A stretch of DNA of 24,254 nt from Welwitschia mirabilis (GCA_051453625.1 JBOZIK010000001.1:22509026-22533279), one strand, 5' to 3'; numbered from the stretch's first letter, positions 12,840 through 23,652 are shown. A program made the numbers and translations. Notes: generated from the sequence alone by a model not told the origin.

Positions 12840-14420
12840 CAATGGATATGATGTAAAACTTAAAAACTAGTAAGCCTATTCTACCTTCTTAAAAGATGAT
12901 GAAGAAGACCCTTTTCAACACTTAGCTAAAATAGAATAATGTATTCTTACCTCAGCAAATGAAAAAAAGAAGGTAGCTAATAGGACTTACATGATCATTT
13001 TTCCTTTCCCCCTTAGAGGTAAGGATAAAAATTGGTTGAAACTATTCTATANNNNNNNNNNNNNNNNNNNNNNNNNNNNNNNNNNNNNNNNNNNNNNNNN
13101 NNNATGAGTGAAGCAACCATAAGGAAAAGAAAAAAAGAAGTTATTAATTTTACATAATATCCTTATGTAAATTATGCTACAACCAATGAAAGACTTTAAA
13201 TTACTTCCTCATCCAATCCTATAGATGATTTTTTAAGAAATAAACTTGTTAATTAGTTCTATAATGAATTGAATAGCCAAATCAAGCAATTAGTATATTT
13301 TGAATGTGGTAGAAATTTACTTGACTTTAAAGGATACTTGAAAACTCTTAAAAATATTAATATAAATTATTCAAACATGACCTAAACAAACCATTAAAGA
13401 AGGTAGAACTATAGGATAAATGTTGAATGACATTAAGAAGTTCAATGTGAAGAGTAATCTAGCTTTATCAACCTAATGTAAGATCTTATCAATACTTTAA
13501 AAACTTATACCAAGGCCTTGTATGATGCTAAAATATTAAATTAATTACCTCAAACATCAACACTTTACTCTCATTATGAAATATATGAAAACAACACTTA
13601 TTACACTAGAGATTATCTTGCCTTACTAACATGTAAAGAAATAATCTATAAAAAAGCCTATGCATTTAATCAAAGACCTAATACTTTCAAAAATAATTAA
13701 AAATTTTAGCTCCAAAATATTAGACCAAAATCAGTGTTTTGACATACGCTTGATAACAAATATAGGAGCAATAACTTTTAGTTCAATAAATTTCAAATTT
13801 ACAACATTCAGCCTAATAAATTTTACTCCCATAACTCTTCTAAGAATTATTCCCTTAGAAATTTAATTAAGAAATTTAAGAAAATAAAAGAGTCCACTAA
13901 CAAAAATATGGAAAACTTTATAGGCATATTTCAACAAACCATCTTAAAAAACCAAAGATATCAAGGCTCGCTTACAACCCAAATCATTCTAACTTAAATG
14001 ATGTTAAAAAGGATTGGAAGATAGTGACAAGAATTGAACATAATATAACTATTAATGAGGCAGTCCCAACTACTTACAATCAAGAAGATCAAACATATGA
14101 TGGTGACATAGAAACTATTAAATAACCTAGCTTTTCTTTAGCTCATAGAGAAAAATACAACCATAACATGAATAATAAAAACATAGCAAATAAACCCATA
14201 ACCCCTTAGTTAGAAAGATTAAAGACTAATCCTACCTATGATAATTATCTGTAGACAATTACACGAGATGTGAGCATCAGCCTTTCTTTTTAAAAAATAT
14301 TGCAAGATAATGCTAAATATAATAAAATTTGGATGGACATAGTTAAGAGAAAATAGAAAAGAACCATAACAAGTAGGGCATTCATTACCTAATCCCTTTC
14401 TAACTTAGTAGCATAAAAAT
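12840..14420 (+). pseudogene. gag: Degenerate gag of element C (Athila-like)
   Basis: EEDPFQHLAKIE, IFPFPLRGKDKNWLK (cf. LFPFSLxDKAKxWL), RKKEVINFT, FYNELNSQIKQLV (cf. FYNGL), decayed zinc knuckle at 13575-13616 and QGSLTTQ (cf. GxLPSQ). Many stops and frameshifts; boundaries approximate. Confidence 0.8.
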
Positions 14421-17400
14421 GTTCAAAATTTAAAGATCAAGAGGTTGTCATAGTTAGAATTATATTGAAAGGAAGAAAATTGATTAAGACAATACTAATA
14501 AACATAGGGCCTAGTGTCAACGTTATGCCATTTCAAATTTGTAAAAAGTTTAGGTTAAAAAATAGAATTAAATCAACAGGAGTTGTATTAGAACTAGCTA
14601 ATGCAACTCTTAAAAAACAAATTGGGGTTATTAAAGATCTAGTCATATAAATTAAAGAAGCCTTTTATCCTATAGATGTAATCATTATTGATGTAGAACA
14701 CAATGGAAGATACCCTTTACTCTTAGGAAGATATTTTTGTGCAAGCACACAAAAAGGAATGAGGGAATTCCATGTATAGAATAAGAAATTCATTATTAGA
14801 GTCTTTGATGAATATGAAAATGATATGGAAGAAGATTATGGACATGAGCAACAAATTAGACCCTTCATGTTTATTCAACATCATCCTTTAAAAGAAAGGC
14901 TTCTTCCTTTACATAATTCAACTATATTTGATGATCTTGAAGAATGTGAAGAAATCTTAAAAAGTCTTAATTCCTTCAATCCATGTTATCTTAATAATGA
15001 CCTTTTAGGTAATAACTTAAATGAATAAATAAATGAAAACTTTAAATTCCTCATTAATCTTAATGTTCAAAATCTTAAAACCATAAAAATCCTCTTATGC
15101 TAAGATGGGATTCCAACAATAATGAGAGATAGTTCTAATTTGGAACTTAAAGAATTGCTAAATGGATTGAAATACATCTTTTGAATAATGACCTTCAAAA
15201 ACCCTTAATTATTAATGCATGTCTTCATCCTTAGCAAGAATAATTACTACTTCAACTTATTAATTTCAAAAAACATACTTTTTCTTGAACTCACAAAGAT
15301 CTTTCATCCATTTCTTCTTTCATTATTCAACATAAAATTTATTTGGAAGATAATGTTAAACCCATTAGACAACCATAAAGGAAACTTAACCTTACCATTA
15401 ATCAAGTGGTAAAAGAAGAAATCATTAAACTTATAGATGTATGGATCATTTATGATATATCTAATAGTGAATGAATTAATGCTATTATTATAGTACTAAA
15501 AAAGGATGGGAAGTGATGAGTTTGCATTGATTTTAGAAAGCTTAATGATGTTACCAAGAAAGATTGTTATCCCTTGTTATTTGTAGATTAAATTATTGAT
15601 AAGGTCCAAGGTAATGCATGTTATTGCTTTTTTGATGAATATAGTGGTTTTAATCAAGTATGCATAGCCAATTANNNNNNNNNNNNNNNNNNNNNNNNNN
15701 NNNNNNNNNNNNNNNNNNNNNNNNNNNNNNNNNNNNNNNNNNNNNNNNNNNNNNNNNNNNNNNNNNNNNNNNNNTACTTTTTTGATGAATATAGTGGTTT
15801 TAATCAAGTATGCATAGCCAATTAAGATAAATCCAAAACAACTTTTACCTCTCCTTTTGGTATCTTTACCTTTAGAAGAATGCACTTTTTTAATACACCT
15901 AAAACCTTTCAAAGAGCCATGATGGGTATCTTTTTAGATATTAAGAAGTAAATAAAAATATTCATAGATGAATTTTCTATTTTTTATAATTCTTTTAAGT
16001 AAACCTTAGATAAATTGAAAAGATTCCTTAACTAATGCATAGAAATTGTCCTTCATCTAAGTTAGGAAAAAAGCTACTTCTTCGTAAGGGATGGGATAGT
16101 TTTAGATCATTATATTTTTAACAATTTCATTTACTTTTGTCCTACTAAAATAGATATCACTAGAAACTTCCCTCCTCCAACCAATATAAAATAATCTAAA
16201 TCTTTTCTTGATCATGCTAGTTTTATTAAAGATTCATTAAGGATTATGTCAAAATTTACAAACCTCTTTATTATCTCTTAGAAAAGAAGGTTGAATTTGA
16301 TTGGAATGAGTCTTGTTAATATGCCTTTGAAGATATTAGAGACAAGATCACCTCAGCACCTATTGTAGAAGGATCTAATTGGAATAAAGGACTTTAAACT
16401 TATGTATGATGTAAGTACCATTGTTGTAGAAGGTGTATTATGATAAAAACATAAGAAGGGTTATAATATTATTGCTATATTAGTAAAACCCTTTTAGAAG
16501 TCTAATTTTATTATCCCACCACTAAAAAAGGAATGCTTACCATCATCTCTTGTCTTGATAAACTTTAATAGTATCTTTTTTATTTCCTTATTAACATTTA
16601 TACTAATCATGCTACCGTTTAGTATTCAATGACTAAGAAAGATTCTAGTGCAAGACTTATAGATAGGTGTTGTTAATGCAAGAATTCAACTTAACCATCA
16701 TTAATAAACAAGAAAAACATAATTGTATTATTGATCATTTATCTAGAATCCCTCATGAGCAACATCCCCTACATTTTTCTCTATAAATTTCTATCCAATT
16801 TAATTTTCTAGACGAGCAACTTCTTCCAATAATACATTTTTATTTCATCTCTTCTAAACACCCTACTTTATGATATACTTATATTGTTAATTATCTTATT
16901 AGCTTAAAAACTTTCCAACATTAGACTCACAATTAAAAAAAATATTTTCTTTATAGAATGGAAAACTATGAGTGGCATAAATCATATTTTTATTGAAAAT
17001 GTAAAGATTAAATCATGCACAAATGTATATGAGAATGGAAAAAATATGATATCTTTACTCTTTGTCATGGTCATGTGTGTGAAAGTCATCTTAGTGGCTA
17101 AAAAACGTCTATGAGAAATCCTTTCCTACCCTCTTTAAATATTTACTTAACTTCACAAGAAAATGTGTTACTTATCATCATTTTAGTAGCCTTTTAAGAT
17201 CTTAATACATGTTCCCCTAACCTATCTTAGAGTGTGAACCTTTTGATTATTACGGTATAGACTTCATAGGCTCTCTTACACCATATTTTTATAATAAAAA
17301 TTACATCTTAATGACTATGATTTATGTAACCAAATGGATAGAAGTCATTCCCTACAAATGATGTCAAAACTATATGGTATTTTCCTAGATCTTACATTTT

Positions 17401-17511
17401 CCATAATTTGAATTTTTTAGAATCCTGATTAGTGAGAAAGACATTCATTTTATAAATACGGTTCTTAGAAAATCATTTTTATCTATTTAAATTAAGCATA
17501 GGCTAGCTAAT
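14421..17511 (+). pseudogene. pol: Degenerate pol of element C: protease (about 14430-14800), RT (about 15330-16100), RNase H (about 16395-16750), integrase (about 17000-17511)
   Basis: KFKDQ..LINIGPSVNVMP (cf. LDLGASVNVMP); HKIYLEDNVKPIRQP*RKLN..VVKEEIIKL; VCIDFRKLNDVTKKDCYPL; FIDEFSIF (YxDD site, 15961); LMYDVS..VEGVL; YTNHAT; LLMQEFNL; DHLSRI; CHGHVCESH; PILECEPFDYYGIDFIG; YVTKWIEVIP; ILISEKDIHF; ends at IKHRLAN. Confidence 0.93.
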
Positions 17512-18141
17512 TATAATGTTCCAAATTCACTATTTATAATGAAGTATGTTAAGCTACTAAATAAACATGATTAAGGAGTTGTTATGAATGGGTGTAACCC
17601 AAATATGTAAAACTGTGTCCTTTCATTATGCTATTTAAGCCTATGGCATTAGGTGAGGGTGGATAGACTAGGGGGATGTAACCAATGATAACCTTGATTA
17701 ATCCTAAGGGTCAAAAAAGTAGGACTCAGGTCGTAGTTCACGTCCTTATCTTTGACCACCAATCCAAGGCTATTAGCTAATGATAAGAAATGTAATCTGC
17801 TGATGTCAATAATAAAGTGGATCTTTTCTTAAATTGTTTCTTGTTATTTTTTTTGTTCTTAACATAATATTTAAATGTTCCTATTTGTAATGAAATGATC
17901 TTAAAATGATAAAATGAAACATTGCATTTGGTATTAAAGCCAATGCTAAGTAATAAATGCTACTTAAAAGAAAAGCAAAGAAAGAAACTCAGTATTATAA
18001 TTTTAAGAAGAGAAGCATAACATTAAGAAAATAATCTAAAAGGCAACCATTGCATAATAGATGAAGTAGAAAAGATAAAAAAAAGCACAACAAATAATAC
18101 ATAAGGCATCACACCTTATAATAATAGAAATCAGGAAATCA

Positions 18142-18704
18142 TTATTGAAAAGGAAAAAAGTCCTTCACAAAAAATGTAATGGTATTATGATCCTCAGTGC
18201 CTAAAATAGATGGCTCCACATCACTCGAAATTATATCCATCCCAGTAATAGTCTAAGGAACTATTATAGTACTAACCTCAATAGAAGAAGATCTTATCAC
18301 AGAAACCACCCTGACGATGGAGTGTGTCTTATTGTAAAGCTTCATAGAAATCTTACTATAAGCCCTTAAAGTCCCCAAGATATGCTAGTTAGAGAGCTCA
18401 TTATCATGGTATAAAACATTGATGTCATTAATGGTAATGGCCAGATGATCTTCACAAGCTTAAATCATCCTCTCACTTTTTATTAAACGAGTGGATAGAG
18501 TAGCTTGAATCTCCTCTAGAGCTGTAATCTAGAAAGCATTTAGTCATGAAATCTTCTCAAAAGGTGCATGTTTTCCATTTGATTTTATAGCATGCAAAGG
18601 AAATCACTCATGATCTCTTGTTCCTCCCCTCATGGTGAGCCATATAGTAAAAGGAGTCTATCATGTCGATCAAGTTGTAAAAATCTTGGAGTGAAGTAGA
18701 CCAT
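18142..18704 (-). pseudogene. Possible decayed ORF of unknown function (coiled-coil-like) inside unit F
   Basis: MVYFTPRFLQLDRHDRLLLLYGSP*GEEQEIMSDFLCML*NQMENMH, one frameshift near 18562, then 140 codons FEKIS*LNAF*ITALEEIQATLSTRLIKSERMI*ACEDHLAITINDINVLYHDNELSN*HILGTLRAYSK... with 5 internal stops. Confidence 0.35.
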
Positions 18705-19278
18705 TCTTGTTGTGGAGTACAATGAAAGGTAAAATACATAGATTAGCTATACTCAAAATCCCATAAAGAATCTATTACTTTAGAATGGTGATAATTGTAA
18801 ACATCATTGAAGTAATGTGGATGAGCAACCTATGTACATAATAAACTAGAAATAGTTTGGTACTTTCATAGTTGATCCATGAGTGCTTTAATGTTTGAGT
18901 GATAGAGAAGATCTATGAGATTGGAGAAGATGATCAAAGAGAAATCCTACTTCATATTTCATTATTGTATCTCCAATTTTGTAGACCTAATATTGGTAGA
19001 ATTCCAAGAAATAGTAAGACATAGTCTTTGAACCATACCTTGAAAATATAGTTATTATGACAAAGAAACAGTAGAGGAGAAATAGTATTTATAGAAAGTG
19101 AGGAGCATTGAAGGAATATCAAAGACCTATAAAAATGTGATAAAATTATATAAAAGAATCATTAAGAGACAAAATAATAATGCACATAGAAAGAAACAAT
19201 AGCAAAATAAGGAGAGGTAAAGATTACCACTTGATTGTGATATGATTAAAAGGAGGTAAAAATGAGGGATCCAAAGGG

Positions 19279-19286
19279 TATTTATA
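19279..19286 (-). promoter_or_regulatory. TATA box of unit F
   Basis: Plus-strand GGGTATTTATAG at 19276-19287 reads CTATAAATACCC on the minus strand. Confidence 0.6.
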
Positions 19287-19418
19287 GAAGTGGACCTAGG
19301 GTTAAGTAATTACAAGAATAAAGTTAAACTATAATAAACAGTATCAATTAATCAAAGATTAAGTAGAAGTGGAACATAGTTAAAATTACAATTAGATCCC
19401 AAAACTAGAGTCAATGAT

Positions 19419-20183
19419 GATGTCACACTTAGAAGACTAACATTGCACTTGAGTGTTTAGTGCTACACTCGAGTTCCTGATGTCGCACTTGAGTGTCCAA
19501 CATTGCACTTAATTTAGCAAGCCCTTGATACCTCTTCTTTGCCCTTGGCATAAACCACTTTGCTATAGCTTGCTTATGATAAAGATCTTTAACATCACAC
19601 TCTGGTATCTGACATCACACTTAGGTGTCTGATGTCATACTTAAGTTCCTAATATTATAGTTAAATGCCCAACATTACACTTTATTTCATAAGATTCTAG
19701 CACCTTCTATTTACCCTTAACATCACCCATTCTACTTTAGCTTGCTTGTGAAGAATGTCTCTGACATCGTACTTTAATATTTGATGTCACACTTGGATGT
19801 GCAACGTCACACTTAAGTGTCTGATGTCATACTTACTTCTGTAAGATCTTGGCATCTTCTATTCATCCCTAGCATAGCCTACTCTACTCTAATTTACCTA
19901 TGATAGAGATCTTTGACATTGCACTTGGGTGTTCGACGTTACACTTGGGTGACCAATATTGCACTTGGATTCCCAACCTCATACTTACACCTGTAAGTCC
20001 TTAGCACATCTTGTTCAACTCCAATGCTTGCCACCTCATCTTAGCTTACTCCATAAAAAAGCCCTGATGTTATACTTGGATGTTTAACATTGCACTTGGA
20101 TGATTAATTCCACACTTAAATACCTAGTATCATAGTTTAATCTTAATACTTATGTATCATCCAACATCATACTTGGGATACCC
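19419..20183. repeat. Higher-order tandem repeat: five clusters of 20-bp units separated by homologous 79-80-bp linkers
   Basis: Clusters start at 19419, 19591, 19763, 19915 and 20066 (periods 172, 172, 152, 151). Unit resembles GAYRTYRCACTTRRGTGTCY. Confidence 0.9.
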
Positions 20184-20218
20184 AATAACATACCTCCTTG
20201 ATAGTTATCACTAATGGA

Positions 20219-20259
20219 ACCCACATTATTAAAGGTTGCACCCACATTATTAAAGGTTG
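20219..20259 (+). repeat. 21-bp-period tandem duplication
   Basis: ACCCACATTATTAAAGGTTG-C-ACCCACATTATTAAAGGTTG. Confidence 0.95.
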
Positions 20260-20343
20260 ATTATAATAATCACTAACTATTTTTCTAACCACCATTTAGT
20301 TACAGATACCTAAATTTTATGGCATCACTATAAAAAGGACATA

Positions 20344-21400
20344 ATGCCTACCATGAATAGGGGGATTAATCTCAGAAATAAGATAAAAAAAAGCAAGAAT
20401 ATGAGTTCAAGAGAATATAGAACCAACTGGTGCACCATGAAACAAAGGGTAAATGGAAGGATGAATAAAATAGAGAGACAATTGGGATACATCCACTCTT
20501 AGAATGAACTTCTCACTAGTAGAATTGACAATCGTATCTCTCACTTAGAAGAAAGACCTATTGAATAGAACCCAAGAGCATCCCAAGAACAACTATCCAC
20601 CTCAAAACAACATACTCTATCTATTGCAATTAAGCTTCAGAACATTTAAATGAGACTACTAAATATAGAGACTAATCTTGAAGACTTTCTATTTAATCAA
20701 GTAAATAAGAAGAGAAAAAATTATAAAGATGATATACCTCAAGATATATGAAGGTAAAGTAAAAACAAATGAAGAAGTTGTTTCCTGGATTTAGCAAATA
20801 GAAAATTAATTTGACCTTTGAAATATTCCACTAGAATAAAGATGCATATAATAAATGCATAGGAATGATGGATTCAATGCTAGAAAAAGCACCCATCAAG
20901 AGTATCTTGGAATACCTTCACAGAGGAATTCAAAAGAAAGTTCATTCTTAAAGACTTCATTGAAGATCAAATGGTAGAATTTTAATACCTCTATCTTGGA
21001 AAATGTCCACTTGATGAACACTAGCCTAAATTCTAGTGCTTGATAAAATATCAAAAGAACTTCTCTAAGAAGTAGTTAATCAATATTTTATTAGAACCTT
21101 ATTGCACAAACTCATAAGTGTCATCCATACTTTGGAAATCAAATTAATTGAAGATGCCTACTATAAGATAAGACACTATCTTTAAGGATGGGACAATCAA
21201 TGGAATAAGCCTCACAATTCAAAAGTGGACAAATCCCATATGGAAAACATACCATTGATGCATGAGATATTTAAAACAATCATTACCTATTATGAGTACC
21301 TAAGGAAAAGTTGCATTACTAGGAATTATCTATTTAAAGCTCAAGCATCAAACATTTCTCAGAACAGCTAGCCTTAAGCCTCACAGAATTCACCCACACC
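20344..21400 (+). pseudogene. gag: Degenerate gag of element D
   Basis: KIYEGKVKTNEEVVSWI*QIEN*FDL..RVSWNTFTEEFKRKFILKDFIEDQMVEF*YLYLGKCPLDEH..KF..LIKY (Ty3 capsid pattern) and a decayed knuckle YYEYLRKSCITRNYL at 21288-21332. Start position approximate. Confidence 0.75.
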
Positions 21401-21529
21401 ATTAAAAGATTGTATGTCACTATCCAAATAGGTATGATTGATAACTAGTACTCTATCTTAGAATTACATGATCGGTCTTTCTTTATTTTATTACATTGCT
21501 AGTAGAACTATAAGAATTTGTTAGTGTAT

Positions 21530-22038
21530 TTAAAGATTTTAAGACCTTATCACTAAAGAGAAAAGTACAACATGAAATTGATCTAATCTTTAGAGCATAA
21601 TTAATAGCATAAGCTTTCTATGTTTTTTAATAATAGAATTAAAATCATTAAAACTAAAAATTAAATAACTATTTTTAGAAGGTAAGATCCACCCTAGTGT
21701 ATTATCTTGGGGTGCCCTAATACTCTTGATAAAGAAAAGAAATGACACCTTATAACTTTGGTATTCTTTGTCAGGAACTAATAAATTATGGAATTAACTT
21801 CAATAAGATAAATTCTTTTCAAAGATTAACTTAAAGTCTAGATATCATCACATTTACACTAAATAAAAAGATATCTACAAAACCACCTTTAATAAGATAT
21901 GGATATTATGAGTTCATGATGATGTCCTTCGGATTGAAAAATACTCCTGATACTCTTATGAGTTTGATAAATGATATTTTTTAACCTTATATAGATAAGT
22001 TCATAGTTTTGTTATCAGATGATATTTTGGTGTACTCC
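21530..22038 (+). pseudogene. pol: Degenerate N-terminal half of chromovirus-type reverse transcriptase (element D)
   Basis: KRKVQHEIDLI, GKIHPSVLSWGALILLIKKRNDTL, FSKINLKSRYHHI, DIYKTTF, RYGYYEFMMMSFGLKNTP, PYIDKFIVLLSDDILVYS (cf. PYLDKFVVVFIDDILVYS), then interrupted by an LTR. Confidence 0.92.
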
Positions 22039-23631
22039 TATTGCGCTGCCAACATACGCATATTTAATAGGTCATTTTGAGTGGTTTTGCAAGTTAATAG
22101 ATGGGTGAATGCTTGATTTTTATGATAATTAAGAGCTGAGATAAAAGGGATGAAAACATTCAATCTCCATGATGATTTATAGCATTTTGAGCAATTCTGA
22201 ATACTTTATATTTATGAAACAACTTCCTTCAAAACATTGAAATTAATGTACTAATAGGAGATTTGTAAAAGGCCATCCTCCACGTCATTGTCTAGATGAC
22301 TGGATGAATGAGAAAGTAATTCATGCCAACAAGATGCTAACTATAATCTATTTGGCATTTAATGTGGATTATTTATGAGATGGCATCATCCCTTTTATTA
22401 TCCAAATGAATGGCCAGATGACATTATTATAATGGCTTACTAGACATTCACCTAACTTTTTTTTCATTTATCTATTTGTTTCTCTTGACATGGTTGTTAG
22501 GGTTTTACCCATTCCTATCTATTTATTTTGTTATGTATACTTGTATTAATAAATATTAGTCTTATCCTTGACTTCTAATTTTCTTTATTTGCACTAGANN
22601 NNNNNNNNNNNNNNNNNNNNNNNNNNNNNNNNNNNNNNNNNNNNNNNNNNNNNNNNNNNNNNNNNNNNNNNNNNNNNNNNNNNNNNNNNNNNNNNNNNAT
22701 ATTTATGAAACAACTTCCTTCAAAACATTGACATTAATGTACTAATGGGAGATTTGTAAAATGCCATCCTCCACCTCATTGTCTAGATGACTGGATGAAT
22801 GACAAAGTAATTCATGCCAACGAGATGCTAACTATAATCTATTTGGTATTTAATGTGGATTATTTATGAGGTGGCATCGTCCCCTTTATCATCCAAACAA
22901 CGAGTTGAATGACACTGTTATAATGTCTGTACTAAAAATTCACCTAATTTTTGCCAACTATATATCTATTTCTGTTAGTGCGATCATTATAGTTTTACTC
23001 ATGCCTATCTATTTGTCTTGTTGTGTGCTTATGTGTATCAATAAATAGTGATCTTACCCTTGACTCCTACTTGTCTTTGTTTACACCAAAATTCTTGTGA
23101 CAGGAGATCGAAGGGCTAGAGTCCATCCTTATAGTTACAAAGAGACATTTTCCTTGGTGTTGGATGGCATTTCCTCCATTGAGGTGCCACTATTTTGTAA
23201 CACAGATGTGGTTCGAGATTTAATACAAAACACTTCTTTTCTAATTTCAATGAATGTTTTTTACTCAACCTCATAGCTTATGTTGGTTTTGATCTAGTGA
23301 TAGTTTCCTTAATGATATAGGTTATGAGGATAACCTTTGTCAAGGTTGTGTATGATTAGTTTAGGTTAGGTGCATTGTTATTTTCCTTTCTTAAATTAGC
23401 TTTACATGAGTATGTTACATTTTTCTTTCATGCATTGCAAGTTATTTCTATAGTTAGAGTACAAGCATTTTTATGAAAATCAACTCTTCTAATTCCTAAC
23501 TTAACCTTTAATAGATTACAACATTTGGGTCACTCTTATCTATATTGGTATGTTGTGTTTATGCAAATATTTGGATTAATAGGATTTGACTTAAATAAGG
23601 ATGTAACATTACATAAATATATACCACAACA
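22039..23631 (+). repeat. 5' LTR of element E (about 1.1 kb without the gap and the duplicated block)
   Basis: Starts TATTGCGCTGCCAA (cf. TGTTACACTACCAA at 3842) and ends CCACAACA. Shared block at 23119-23211. Confidence 0.82.
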
Positions 23632-23634
23632 TCT

Positions 23635-23652
23635 TAACGTCATTACTGGGAA
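23635..23652 (+). promoter_or_regulatory. Degenerate primer-binding site (Athila type, usually assigned to tRNA-Asp)
   Basis: TAACGTCATTACTGGGAA versus TGGCGCCGTTGCCGGGGA: 7 differences, all G>A or C>T; 3-nt spacer after the terminal CA. Confidence 0.8.

Larger units (their letters stand above)
10565..17511 (+). mobile_element. Element C: Athila-like Ty3/gypsy retrotransposon (5' LTR, PBS, gag-pol), truncated in integrase by a later insertion
   Basis: LTR, PBS, gag, PR, RT, RH and INT occur in gypsy order. It interrupts element B at the RT/RNase H junction. Confidence 0.88.
17677..20304 (-). mobile_element. Unit F: 2.6-kb LTR-like (solo-LTR-like) insertion in reverse orientation
   Basis: Termini TGTAACCAATG ... 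CATTTAGTTACA. On the minus strand: repeat array, CTATAAATACCC, then a subterminal GAACTACGACC..CCTACT motif. No target-site duplication (GGGGA versus GATAC). Confidence 0.55.
17512..22038 (+). mobile_element. Element D: degenerate chromovirus (Tekay/Del-like) Ty3/gypsy element inserted in the integrase of C
   Basis: C integrase stops abruptly at TATAATGTTCC (decayed TGTAACGTCCC-type LTR start). Chromovirus-type gag and RT follow. The link between the 17512 start and the gag is inferred. Confidence 0.6.
499..22698. other. Ten assembly gaps
   Basis: N runs at 499-811, 1563-1599, 1994-2093, 2724-2823, 4339-4633, 5094-5193, 5851-5950, 13052-13103, 15675-15774 and 22599-22698. Six are exactly 100 N. 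Confidence 0.98.

Noticed and set aside
13660..15412. ORFs 13660-13866 and 15215-15412 as independent genes
   Set aside because: They are off-frame readings within decayed gag-pol.
15577..15912. Minus-strand ORF with the repeated peptide IGYAYLIKTTIFIKK
   Set aside because: It is antisense to the RT, and the repeat is the gap-flanking 50-bp duplicate.
17655..17676. Purine-rich tract before TGTAACC as the PPT of a plus-strand 3' LTR
   Set aside because: The TATA box and subterminal motif orient unit F on the minus strand and no internal domain precedes it. Not fully excluded.
19419..20183. CRISPR-like repeat/spacer appearance
   Set aside because: The repeats are degenerate and directly tandem, the linkers are homologous to each other, there are no cas genes, and the context is a eukaryotic TE.
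20320..20338. TGGCATCACTATAAAAAGG as the PBS of element D
   Set aside because: Too many mismatches to either the Met-type or Athila-type PBS, and no clear LTR end next to it.
22866..23048. Short hydrophobic ORF (also 3878-4084)
   Set aside because: Both lie inside LTRs. The 22866 frame is not preserved in the sister copy and its hydrophobicity reflects T-richness.
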